64,000 nucleotides of DNA from Amoeboaphelidium protococcarum X5 (taxonomy: Eukaryota > Fungi > Aphelidiomycota). The stretch spans positions 330,053 to 394,052 of the forward strand of contig JALDTO010000179.1 of assembly GCA_023515725.1 (NCBI GenBank), read 5' to 3'. The notes below the pieces were generated by a model, which worked only from the letters and a program-made list of their open reading frames with translations, was not told where the DNA came from and ran no database searches. Shown one piece after another: positions 1 through 10,790 of the stretch. Made by a program: the position numbers and the translations under genes. How positions within the stretch are numbered: the stretch's first letter is position 1; each line of letters begins with the position of its first letter.

Positions 1-423
1 TTTCTGAAAGATTACATCAATCTGCCAACGTCTGCTTACGCTGCATCGAAGCTGCCTCGCCGCGCCACATAGTCAACCACGTCATAGTCTTATCCGGTGT
101 ATGATTTAGATGAAGCTAGGTTGGATTATACTGCAGCTGCTTCTGGCATCTTCCATAGCGGATAGATCTTACATTATTAGAGACGTTTTCCGAGAATTGG
201 TAAATCCTCGTCCCTCCCTTTGCATGATAGTATAACGTATTCGCAGTCAACTGAACCTGTGGCGCACGCTGATGATCATCAGGTATAATAGACAAGGAGT
301 GCTGCTGCCAAAGATATGGTGAGCTAATAGATTGATGCGAATTAAAGCAATTCAACAGTTGCGTTATGGTAGCTCACAGAGAGCGAAGAGTATATGACCG
401 TGCTGAACCTGCCATTCTACTGA
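1..423 (+). CDS. 3' end of hypothetical protein (partial, runs off window)
   Basis: Frame 1 is free of TGA for 140 codons (TAA/TAG=Gln) and ends ...YMTVLNLPFY-TGA; no recognisable motif. Confidence 0.5.
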
Positions 424-589
424 CCGAATGATCATTCGGCTTTTGAAAGACACTACAAAGCATCAACATTCACAGTCAGCAATACGCGAATATAGCCAGC
501 CATCAAGTACACATACAGTATAAAATTATTATAATATTCTAATATAAATAAAAGTACTCTACGTAAGCTTTCAACTTTTTATTGTGATT

Positions 590-1897
590 TCATTACAAGA
601 GAACATTTTCAATTTTCACTGGGGGAAATGGATCTTTGTTACTCAGCACCAGAATCTACTTCTCATGAGAAATGTATCCTTTCACCATGTTCTTGTAAAT
701 CAGATTGGCAACAACGCATTCAATCTCAATGCTTGATAACTTGAATTGAGGCTCAAAGAGCGACAAGGCAATCGCTACGTGATCCAGTGGCATTCTATTG
801 CTCTTGTCATTAGCAATGTATACTCTCTTCAACATATTTCTCCAACATACAAGCATTGCACGTTCCAACACCAGATAAGATTTACTGCTCAGCCTGACAA
901 TCTACATCACCGGCTAGGATCCAGCACCGGAGGCGAAAATAGACTTTAACTTGGGCACATTACCACTCTTTATAATCACGGCAAGAGCCACATGCTCATC
1001 ACAGAGTCGGCTTAATTCTTCAACTTTATCACACGAGAAATGAGGCTTTGTAAGCAACAAGGATCCATTAATCAACTAGAGTGGAATCAGTTGCTCAAGA
1101 ACGGCATGCTATACCTTTGGGCAATTTTACAGGCGAGAGACATGCTTCCACACAAAGAGAAACTCTTCCAACGCCAGAGCATACTATTCAGACCAGAACA
1201 AGTAGGATGCTAGATAGAATTTAAATTGGACAATATCCTGCGTGTCGAAATCTTCATCTGCTGGTAGTTTAGCATTCCTGATAGCCAGAATAGAATTCTT
1301 TGATAAATTCAACGTTCCCAGCTTTCGATAACATTTGAAAAGCAATACCATAATCTTGTACGTTCCCCATTTTCTACTATGCTCTAGCGGGGAGCGGTCA
1401 TTAATACAACTGGTGAACGCCTTCATCACCATCCTAGACGCTTCCTCGAGATGCTTTTATGAACTTTCTTACACTTCTTCATCACCTATGAGATCGTTCT
1501 AAGTCAGATTCTACTGAGATTATTAGAGTTGCTATTGGTCAGCCAAAATCGCCAAGTTCTTCAAATCTATCAGTGCAGACATTACAACTGGAATTTACTA
1601 ACGCCCAAAATCGCGCAATTATAACACCACTTGTCGTTACATATTAAAAGCCTCTATAAACTATCCCGATTACGCACACTGTTATACTTGAACGAAAATT
1701 TAAATGAGTTCCCGCCATTGAATATTCTAAGCACGAGCAGGAAGTTGTAAGCATCTTTATTATACGGCATTAGCACTTAAGCTACCTCCTGTCATCAACG
1801 GGTACGCCCTGTTCAGCTTGAAGTACTTTTGCAGCTACTCATAATTTTCAGCTTTTATATAGTCAATGCATTCTTTCAGCCATTAATTTGCATCCAT
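590..1897 (-). CDS. PCI-domain protein, PCID2/Thp1/Csn12-like (TREX-2)
   Basis: Single 435-aa frame under TAR=Gln; motifs 'AFTSCINDRSPLEHSRKWGTY', 'LFKCYRKLG', '[35 protein letters not shown]'. Confidence 0.85.
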
Positions 1898-2237
1898 ACT
1901 AACTGTATTTGTGGGCTTAATTTGTATAATACAAAGTGTGAGAAGAGGGAACAGAATTATAGTCTTTCAGGCTTATTCCTGAGAGGTAGAGAGAGAGAGA
2001 GGGAGAGATAAGAGGGAAGGCAAAGAGGGAGAGAAAAGGTAAAAGCGCGCGATTTCTTGTTAGAGATTCTCACGCAGGTTGTTGATCACGGATTTATTGA
2101 TTGATTGATCGTAGGGTAGGTATTGCTTTATGACTATGACTGCGATTTTAAAATGAAGCCAAATATTATAAGGGCATCTTGGTTATCTCTGTGTTGAACA
2201 TAAAGCGAAATATCTAAATTAAACAAATTTCAGCTAT

Positions 2238-2568
2238 TCAATGATTCAAGTTAGAATTAGAGCCACCGAATCCCTAATAACTCTGAGCAGCGCCACCTAC
2301 ACAATGACAAAAAGTAATTGAAAGTCTGATTAGAGTTAAATAACATTAAAAAACGCTTACCACCTGCACCGTAACCTTTAGGCCCAAATAGCTCAGCATA
2401 ACACGGCTTCTCGCAGTACCCCTTACCACTGTTTTCCAGAAACTTTCCAGATGTCAGAGACTTGCTGCACTTGTTACATTTCAAACATGCTCTGTGCCAG
2501 TCTTTACCCAGCGCGGTCACCTTTTCAGCAAAGTACACCTATTTAGAACAAGTTGGGCAATTTGGCAT
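2238..2568 (-). CDS. Single LIM-domain cysteine-rich protein (CRIP-like); 2 exons (2361-2568, 2238-2296)
   Basis: [34 protein letters not shown]...[16 protein letters not shown]; GTAAGC...TGTAG intron 2297-2360. Confidence 0.9.
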
Positions 2569-2841
2569 TTCTTTTTACTGACTTATTATAAAAAACTCAA
2601 TTTTTTTTAAAATTTCTAGAGTCTGAAGTAAAAAGTAGAAGCTATGGGCTTACCACGAGAGAGCGCCATAAATAACGGTCGTTGGCAACCAATCAGTGTC
2701 TGAGAACTTGACCTTTTCTAGAAGGCTCATGATATAGATATGATAAAGAGACATTAACACACACTACAACAAAAAGAATTAAAATAAATAAACGTCGATT
2801 TACTAAATGTGAGTAATAATCTATACTTGAGATGTAAATAA

Positions 2842-3633
2842 TCATTTCTAGAGCAGTTGGTTAAATCGCGCGCCAAGTGTATCTTTGATTGTATCACGAA
2901 GAGTTTGTAAATGAGGTACTAACGCGCCGGCCAATTGATCAATGGAAGGCATCTCATCTATGGACTTTTACTTTCTCAAAATACTATATCCCATCTTACT
3001 AGTAGTTGTGAGCGATATCATACCAGAATCAGAATTCTAATCAAGGCCTACTATGTCAAATAGAACATAACCATAGAAGCTACAACCAGAGTCAATATCA
3101 GCGACACTCTTCAATTGCTAAATTTGACCATTGCTGACTACAAAGTCTACCGCGAGACACGGTCTGAGTAATGGAATACCACCGTCCAATAAAGCACATG
3201 TACATACATTGACCAGATGTGATATCAAACCATACTACGACAGCGAGCCGTCATCCACCATAACATTTACGTGTAATCTCAAAACTTGCCTCGGAAACTA
3301 TCGTAAATCAACACTTTGCTCAATGATAGACATCAACTACTTGGTATTCTATTTCATCCTAAGGCGACATAGCTCATCTGACCTTTCTTTATGATGTTAA
3401 ATCGCGACTTCAATCTAGCCTGACGCGTAATTTGCACTTACTGAAGAGCTGGACATTTCAACTGGTTTGTCAACTGTGCACAAGACGCGAAATACAGTAT
3501 CCTGATGTGTCTGTATCGCTCCATCAGCTGTTCTCTTATTACCAAGCTATCTCAATTTCTATCCAGTGATTATACAGGATCCTCCGTTATTTTTAATTTT
3601 GCCATACTCAAACTGTAATTAGATTTCTTCCAT
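2842..3633 (-). CDS. RRP46: Exosome complex RNase PH-like subunit Rrp46/EXOSC5
   Basis: 263-aa frame absent from the ORF track; 'ADGAIQTHQDTVFRV', 'SVDLRQFPRQVLRLHVNVMVDDGS', 'VNVCTCALLDGGIPL'. Confidence 0.7.
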
Positions 3634-3849
3634 TATCACAGCTATGGTATTTGATTGAATTCAGCTCAAGTTAGTCTGACCGAGAAAAGCGGGTCAAAGA
3701 GACTCAAAAGAGCACAGAGCACGAAGTTAAAAACAGATAGTGTCATGAATATCACTGTTGTTTAATGATAAGCCTAAGGATTATCATTAGGAAACTAGTA
3801 CTGAAACTCTTCTGTGGTAATAGAAACTGTTACTGAATACCTACTATCT

Positions 3850-4025
3850 AAGATTCTGCCACCAGAAGCGTTCTATACCTACCGTAAGAGACTGTTGAAT
3901 CGGGACGATCTTTTGGTTTAGCGACCATAAACGCACTTTCAGTAAAGTGACGTTTGAGGTCTTTTCAGCGGGGTAACCAAAAATCCCCGGAGTTCAGGAC
4001 AGAATTCAATCTCAATATAGGCTAA
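3850..4025 (-). ncRNA. Candidate Fanzor omegaRNA scaffold
   Basis: Nested inverted repeats starting about 45-55 nt 3' of the Fanzor stop: gaga..ttgaat/attcaa.tctc (3888-4013), cggg..gatcttttggtt/aaccaaaaatc.cccg (3901-3989), gacc..aaacgcacttt-cagt-aaagtg.cgttt..ggtc (3923-3961), plus ttctg-ccac-cagaa (3854-3867); boundaries are inferred. Confidence 0.6.
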
Positions 4026-4068
4026 CCTCCTAAAACGACTCTCAGACAACTAAACTTCAGTGCAGATT

Positions 4069-6285
4069 TCAGCAGTCTTTAAAGGATTTTACATGCTACT
4101 TGTATAAAGTTTAGTTCTGGACATGCAATATGCCTCCACCAGAATCAATAATGACTTCTCCTTTAGTAAAACTGCGTGACATAACATTGTACGCGCCAAC
4201 ATTGTCACGCAGACCAGAGAAGTCACTAAGCACGAACAATCTTTCGCCGCCAAGTTTAGGATGAAGGACATCTTTAAAAGGATGCTACTTAGAGGTGAAT
4301 TCCTCCGTGGTGATTAGGACGCGTTTCCCCATAAAATGATAATCCGATTGCGACATGGCGACCAGCTTATGACGAAACTTATAGTGGCTAAAAGCCAATA
4401 AATTCTTACGCGTTGTCTTATGTAAAGTAATACCAGGAGGTGACTACTTATCACCACATTGCGCTTCATCGATATCATCACCTACAAGTCTTGGCAATCC
4501 TAGCCGTTTGCGCTTGCGTCTCACCATCTTGCTGGTCTAGAATTCAGGGAGAATGATAAGATCATACTAACGCAGCAAGAAATTGCATATCCGATTGTGT
4601 AGATTTGAAACAAATGCAGAGAACCTTCTATGGGCTTGCCTAATACCAGCAGCTGTTGGAACCACTTTACAGCCAGACTACTTCCAGTCATTCCAAATGA
4701 CAAATTTTTGAATTGCAAACGAATGTCCATCAATGCAACCACTGGATAAAGATTCAGAGAGATTATCAAGCTTGTCTTTAAACGACTAGGCCAGTGAGAT
4801 TTTCTCTTCCTTTAGCTTTGAAACAGATCTAAAATCAGGGGCTATGGCAATAAAGCTTTTACGCGCCAGATCAAATATCGTGAGAGTTATACGAGATCCC
4901 GGATCAACTGAGCAAACGTTTCCAGTTGCTTTATAGCGATCATACCTCCTTATCAAAAATTTACGTGCACCGTCATAACTGTCACCTGAGACAGAAGCAT
5001 TCATTAGGGTATTGTAATAACCTTCCGTGAAAGGCCCTTGGATGTCACTTGCATCGTAATAAACGTGAACAAAGAACTTTAAGCCAACTTTCGCAATCGT
5101 AAATCCAGCTCCGCGGTTAAAACCAAATTTTATATAGTTTGGCCATTTGTCAGTCTTTGAAGTTGTAGGAAATAGAGAATCTTTAGCATACAGTTTACCA
5201 AAACTTTTAAAGATGGATGGCAGCAAACGCACGCGCCCAGTCTCATGATCGACTCTTGCATCTTGAGCTAAGAATTTGAGTTGACAGAACTGAGGATCAT
5301 CGATCTATGGTTTATATTCAAAGTCTTTTATGTGTCCTAATTGATATTACTTATAAGCAGCGTAGTAATTAGCATGTACAGAGCGAATTACTTCATCTTA
5401 CACAGCATTTGGCAGCATAATCCAATTCCTACGCTCATCATCAGCAGCAATTTCCCTCTTCTTTGCCTTTGCTTTCGTAAGGGCAGTGATATTACGCAAA
5501 GCTTATAACGTCAACTTCTCAGACGCGTCCGTACGTTCATGTAATACTCTTGCTATATATTAGACCATAAAGAACTTCATTTGGAGCATTTTATTAAAGA
5601 TTTAGACAAACTTTCTATCCGGAAATAGGCGGATCTTGATTACACGCTTCTGCTCAAACTGTTTTAACTCTTTGATCTGATTTAGATTCATTTGTCTCCC
5701 GCGCCTCGCCTTCTAATGTTGAAAAGCCTCCAGAGATTCTGCAGATAGTTTCAACTTTTTGGACTTTTTACGATTTTTAGACTATTTTCTCTCTTTCATC
5801 TTCTCTCTCTTTGGAGCATCGCCGCGCAGCTTAGTGTCAAATAACTACTGAATCTGCTAACAGACGGCACGATAGCTTTACAATTCTTTAGCTTCGCTCA
5901 CATTATTGCCCATATTTGACCGATTTAATTCCAGCTCAGTAGCAGGCTTTAATGAAATATCAGTTGGGGGTTAGGCAGGTAGTTGCCATGACAGATCGTT
6001 ACAATTCAGCTCAGTGGTAGAATTAAAGGCTTGAAGATAGTTTTACCCCCACACTTCGCGCCCAAATTACTCGGATTTATCATTTTACCACGGTGCAAAT
6101 ACAGGCGCCAAACTGAGAAACGACTATACTCCTAATTCTCGGATCAACTTGTCATCTGTTTCAGCAAATGTGGCAGCGCATTGTTAGATGAATTCCGATA
6201 CTCTTTTATGCTTCACGCGTTATTTGAACTAATTTAATACCTCCTGGGCTGCCTCAGAAATTTTACTCTTGTTATTACTTGTCAT
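4069..6285 (-). CDS. Fanzor2 / IS607-TnpB-like RNA-guided endonuclease, 738 aa
   Basis: Continuous frame ATG6285-TGA4069 with ~27 TAA/TAG(Gln). 'IKIRLFP' (TnpB N-term), 'YQLGHIKDFEYK', RuvC-I 'VCSVDPGSRITLT' (D461), 'LHNRICNFLLRQYDLIILPEFQTSKMV', 'LLAFSHYKFRHKL', 'TEEFTSK' (E661), 'KLGG', RuvC-III 'RDNVGAYNV' (D694). Confidence 0.9.
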
Positions 6286-6699
6286 TTTAAGCTGTAGTAA
6301 CTGAATTGGATCAAGAGCAGCATCAATAAAATTGATCTTTTACGTGTATCTATCTGATCAATTAGCGATGAGATCACCATGACTCGATATGACTGTAAAT
6401 TGATGTGAAGCCAATAATGTTGAATTCTAGGGGGATGTTCGGAATTATTAAAATATGTTTACCCTTCTGTTAAAGTTTTTAAAACCTTTATAAGTTGAAA
6501 AGTTTAAGACATTTAATCAACAGATCCAATTTCAGAGACATAGTTCTGATCAAACCATTTGGCAGGCGTGATTTTATCAGTTAATTGTACTAAGTCATAC
6601 ATAGATATTACCATCAATAGTAGGTATTACGGTTGATACAAGGGCAACTACTCCGATTTAAGTGTCGAATAAGTCAGATGTGATTTAGATCTTTTTCAT
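6282..6699 (-). pseudogene. Possible degenerate serine-recombinase (IS607 tnpA-like) remnant
   Basis: 'IGVVALVST..' then, after a frameshift or 22-nt GT-AG gap, 'VQLTDK..YVSEIGS..FQLIKVLKTLTEGQT..', resembling resolvase IGYARVST..E..SG..L.KLL..L.EGDT; its TGA overlaps the Fanzor ATG (ATGA); catalytic arginines are absent. Confidence 0.4.
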
Positions 6700-7043
6700 C
6701 GATACCACGAAACATATGCCTGAACACGCAAATGGACTTTCAGAGAATTGTGTAAAAGAAAGATGAAGGATTAACAGAATGTTTCAAACAAAATGTCATC
6801 AGACAAATTTCGGCTAAAAGGCGCCATTCAGTTTAGATAAAGACACCAGTAATAAAAGAAGGATAAACAATTGTACAAGTAAAAAGAAGTTTCACCATTT
6901 CTTTCTTGCTCTCGCGGAGTTGATTTTAGTTTGAAAAATTTGGTGCGTTTATGGTGCCCCTGCCTCTTTTCTCGCTAAAGCGATCTGCGAAATTGTAGCT
7001 TTTTAGTCAAGTCACTTCAATCGTAATAATCGTATATAGCGAG

Positions 7044-8642
7044 ATGGATATTTAGGACCGCGTACTATAGGCTGTGGATTAAACGGGAGTGTTAGACAGT
7101 AGACAGCTAGGAGACATTGATAGCAATACGCTATTGGGCCACTTGAAATCTCTTGCCGGGCGTTTTATTGTTGAGTATGACACGATCGAGAGTACGCAAT
7201 ATTTGCCGACTGAGGAGGGTGAAGATATTCAACGCAATGGATCTTATGAGGTTTAGGTACTTAGCGCTGTATAGTAGGCCGGCTCCGATGGAGTGTCTAT
7301 GAAGGACTTGCAGTCTAAATTTGGCGCCTCTAATGCCAACGTATTGAAGATTGGGTAAATGCGCGCGTTCAAGTCCAAATGGTTAAAGAAGGATGGCGAC
7401 AAGTTGAAAGCTGCCGTAGAGTTATCTTCTATTGTGGATGAGACTCAGCTGTAATTGAAGAGTATCGCTGACTCTGCTGCTACAGGAGGAGAATCTTAAC
7501 CTCCAGTAGAAGACGCGATCATAAAGGATCTGCTAAAGAGAAAGTTGATCACAGCCAAGAAGAATGTCCATTTCAAGGTGAGGAAGGGTGCTGAGTTCAC
7601 AGTCAATCCCATCAAAGAATCTACGGATATCACTAGTGAGAACCTGCAGCAACTGATGATATCCTCAGATGGTCTTGGCGATGGCTAGGTAAAGTTTAAA
7701 AAGTACAACTTTGAGGCGATGGGTATTCCACCGTAGCGTGGACATGTTCATCCAATCTAGAAGGTGAGAAGTGAATTCAGGTAGATCTTCTTTGAGATGG
7801 GCTTTGAAGAGATGCCGACTAATTAGTATGTGGAGAGCAGTTTCTGGAACTTTGACTCTTTGTTCTAACCACAAGATCACCCAGCTAGAGATATGCATGA
7901 CACGTTCTTCTGTAAGAGCCCAGCCAAGTGGAATCCAGCAAAAGATCTTGAGTCATATATTGAACGCGTCGGCAAGGTCCACTCTGAAGGTGGTTATGGT
8001 AGTGTTGGCTATGGCACTGAGTGGAAGAGAGAAGAGGCTGATAGTTTGCTGCTGCGTACTCACACTACCGCCGTGTCATCTAGAATGTTGTACTAGTTGT
8101 TCTAGTAGCCTCAGTTCACTCCGAAAAAGTATTTCTCTATTGACAAGGTGTTCCGTAATGAGACTTTGGATGCAACCCATCTGGCGGAATTTCATCAAGT
8201 TGAAGGTCTGATTGCTGACTATGGTCTGACTGTGGGGCATTTGATTGGGTTCCTGGAAGTGTTTTTCACCAAGCTGGGATTGAAGGACCTAAAATTTAAG
8301 CCAACCTATAATCCGTACACTGAGCCATCACTGGAGGTTTTTGCATATCATCCGCAGTTAAAGAAGCAGATTGAGCTGGGTAATAGTGGAATGTTCAGAC
8401 CTGAGATGTTGCGTCCAATGATACCTCCCCATAAGAAGGAGATGCATCAGTTTATTGATCGATTACCTGAAGATGTACGCGTCATTGCATGGGGATTGAG
8501 TCTGGAGCGTCCTACGATGATAAAGTATGGCTTCGCTAATATCAGAGAGTTGGTGGGACACAAGGTTGATCTGAACATGGTCTATGACAACAGTTTCTGT
8601 CGTCTGGATAAAACTGGAAATGTGGCTGTGAGCCAGCTATGA
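7044..8642 (+). CDS. FARSA: Phenylalanyl-tRNA synthetase alpha subunit (cytosolic)
   Basis: 'FWNFDSLF(TAA=Q)[13 protein letters not shown]', '[10 protein letters not shown]', '[20 protein letters not shown]', '[14 protein letters not shown]'. Confidence 0.95.
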
Positions 8643-8732
8643 TATATAATTTACCTTTATTAACTGGAATTCATACTCTCTTATAACTACAACTACTATC
8701 ATCAATATCCATCATGAATTTCATCACCATGT

Positions 8733-10790
8733 TCAAGTTAATTGTCGTCTAGCTCTTTCTTTAAACGATTGAGGGCGCTATTATCGCTACTTGTTAGGTA
8801 ATACAGAATATTACTGAGACGGACTACCAGCATTCATACGTGTAAATCGCGGAGGATTATTTAATCGAACACAAAATTGAGTCAACTGTTATAAAGTAGT
8901 GGAGACATCTGCCCGCTAATTCGGATCAACTCTCCAGCAGCTCTCTATCAAATCCAAGAGAAATGAACAGTTGTTTTATGAACGGTCGTAATCGGATAGG
9001 TCTATAAACTATTAAGGCCGGTCAGACCATTGTGGAATGTCCCCATTTATGATCGCATTACGGATGAGCAACTTGAAGAAACTCTCCATCTCAATTTAAT
9101 TATCTTCACAAAATGGATGCTATAATTCTAGCAGGTAATAACAAAGTGATGCCCAGCTGAAGAGATCAGCCTTCTGATCCAACTGTATTGCCCGATCTCT
9201 AATCTATATCAAATGTGTAGGTGCGTTTTTAGATAGATTAGTGAATAGATTCCCAGCCTTAAACTTCTCCGGTGCAAAATATGGAACATGATACAGTGGT
9301 TACTGTTCAAGTAACTGCTCCGTACCAGGCATTTAGAAAGTGGCCTCATTACCAGAAGCGTATTTCCACTCAACCAAACTGAAATCACATAGCACTACAC
9401 GATATTACTCGCTTGAAGACTTTCCACGTGCTTGTGATTAACTCAAATCACTGACCATCTCAACTTTAAAACTAAATGGATTAATGCCATTATGAACGAA
9501 TCCCAACTTGTGAATCTCTTCCAGGGCGGACAGTGAGCTTAGCAAGGCATTGAGGATAAAAGTTCTATATCCAAGAAGACAATCAGGATTACGCGCCACC
9601 AGAGCATTATAATTCTAATGTCTATGCTGCAGAAAATCTATTAACTACCAGACGTAGATAGGTGTGACCATGAGAAAGAAATCTTGTGTAACTGCAACAT
9701 CACTGCATCCGATCAACTTGCTGACTCTACTGCCATACTTACTTCTGGTATTACTCAACTGCGACAGTATCATCAACTCTGTTAAACATCTACGCCTAAA
9801 TATCTCCGTAGATTCGTTCCTTTTAGGTATGAGCATCTTCACTAAGACCTTATTTTGAGGGATGAGAATATTATTGTACTTGGCCGCGGATGGTGATAGA
9901 CATTGCCCCAGATGGAATTCTTGATGATCTTGAGATTCGAGTAAATGGAGTAGCTTGACATCTCCATAATCCAAAACTTATTCTTTTTAGATATCAAAGC
10001 TCTAATTATGCCCCAATTCAAAAGTTACCATGTTATCAGATTACACCAGAGTTTTCGCTCTTTCCAAATTCTGAGAACTCATCGACATTTTACTCACCTG
10101 CAACAGAGCTTATTATCTCTACTCTTCTAACCTCTTTTGAAACATGGCCTCATTGATTGAACTACTTACACTATCGATTTAAGACTTGACTTAATGCTAT
10201 GGAGAGGAGGAGGAGGAGGAGGAGGACTACTTTGCAGGCAATGATATTGGTTTAATGACTTACACTTGACCACCTTCAAGTAGATTCTCTTCAGAGCGTC
10301 TCAGTTAGATAATACTGTCAGAAGACTATTTATCTACTACTGCGACATTCACTTTCATCGCAGGCTTAATCTTGGGCACCGGTGCTGGATGTGGTTAACT
10401 TTACAATTCATTCAGTGACATGGCTCTGCTCGCCTTACTTCTGACTCTAGGCACTTGGCCGCTTTCATCATCCAGTTCATTTAACAGCAAATTAACTTGA
10501 CTCTGCTTGGTAGACTATCGCTGAATTTTAAAAGAATTTGAACCAGGTGTCAAGGCTCTGCTAATCTATTACAAAAAGTTCATAATAATTATTACTCTGA
10601 TTCTGTTGTTGTTTGAACTGCGCGATTTGTTCGAAATAAATTGAAAGAGAGATGCGAGATCTACACGCCATGGTGATCGACAATGCTTAATGTCAGACGG
10701 GTGGAATGTGTCGAATGTTGTAAGAGTTGAGTCCATGGAGGAGTGATCAAAGGAGACTCGCCTCTTTTTCCTAGATGGACCGATTAACAT
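8733..10790 (-). CDS. Protein kinase-fold protein, probable pseudokinase with disordered N-terminus (alternative start 10583)
   Basis: 'VLVKML', 'IHKLGFVHNGINP' (no HRD), 'VLCDFSL', 'PYFAPEKF', 'KADLFSW', 'LIESCWRVDPNQR'. Confidence 0.75.

Larger units (their letters stand above)
3790..6700 (-). mobile_element. IS607-like/Fanzor2 element (tnpA-like relic + Fanzor2 + omegaRNA); ends not defined
   Basis: Gene order and ATGA overlap are typical of IS607 tnpA-tnpB; lies between RRP46 and PheRS alpha; no terminal repeats or TSD were confidently identified. Confidence 0.5.

Noticed and set aside
1980-2040. GA-rich tracts (also ~52094, ~60500-60620, ~63245-63315)
   Set aside because: Simple low-complexity sequence near gene ends; possibly a promoter feature, but no specific function can be supported
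3791-3837. Short direct repeat gaaact(a/g)(g/t)tactgaa twice, as a possible CRISPR-like guide array or IS607 end repeats
   Set aside because: Only two imperfect 15-nt copies and no counterpart found at the other end of the element; insufficient support
8714-9052. 112-aa + strand ORF with a signal-peptide-like start
   Set aside because: It lies antisense to the conserved C-terminal kinase subdomains of the 8733-10790 gene; long shadow frames are expected when only TGA stops
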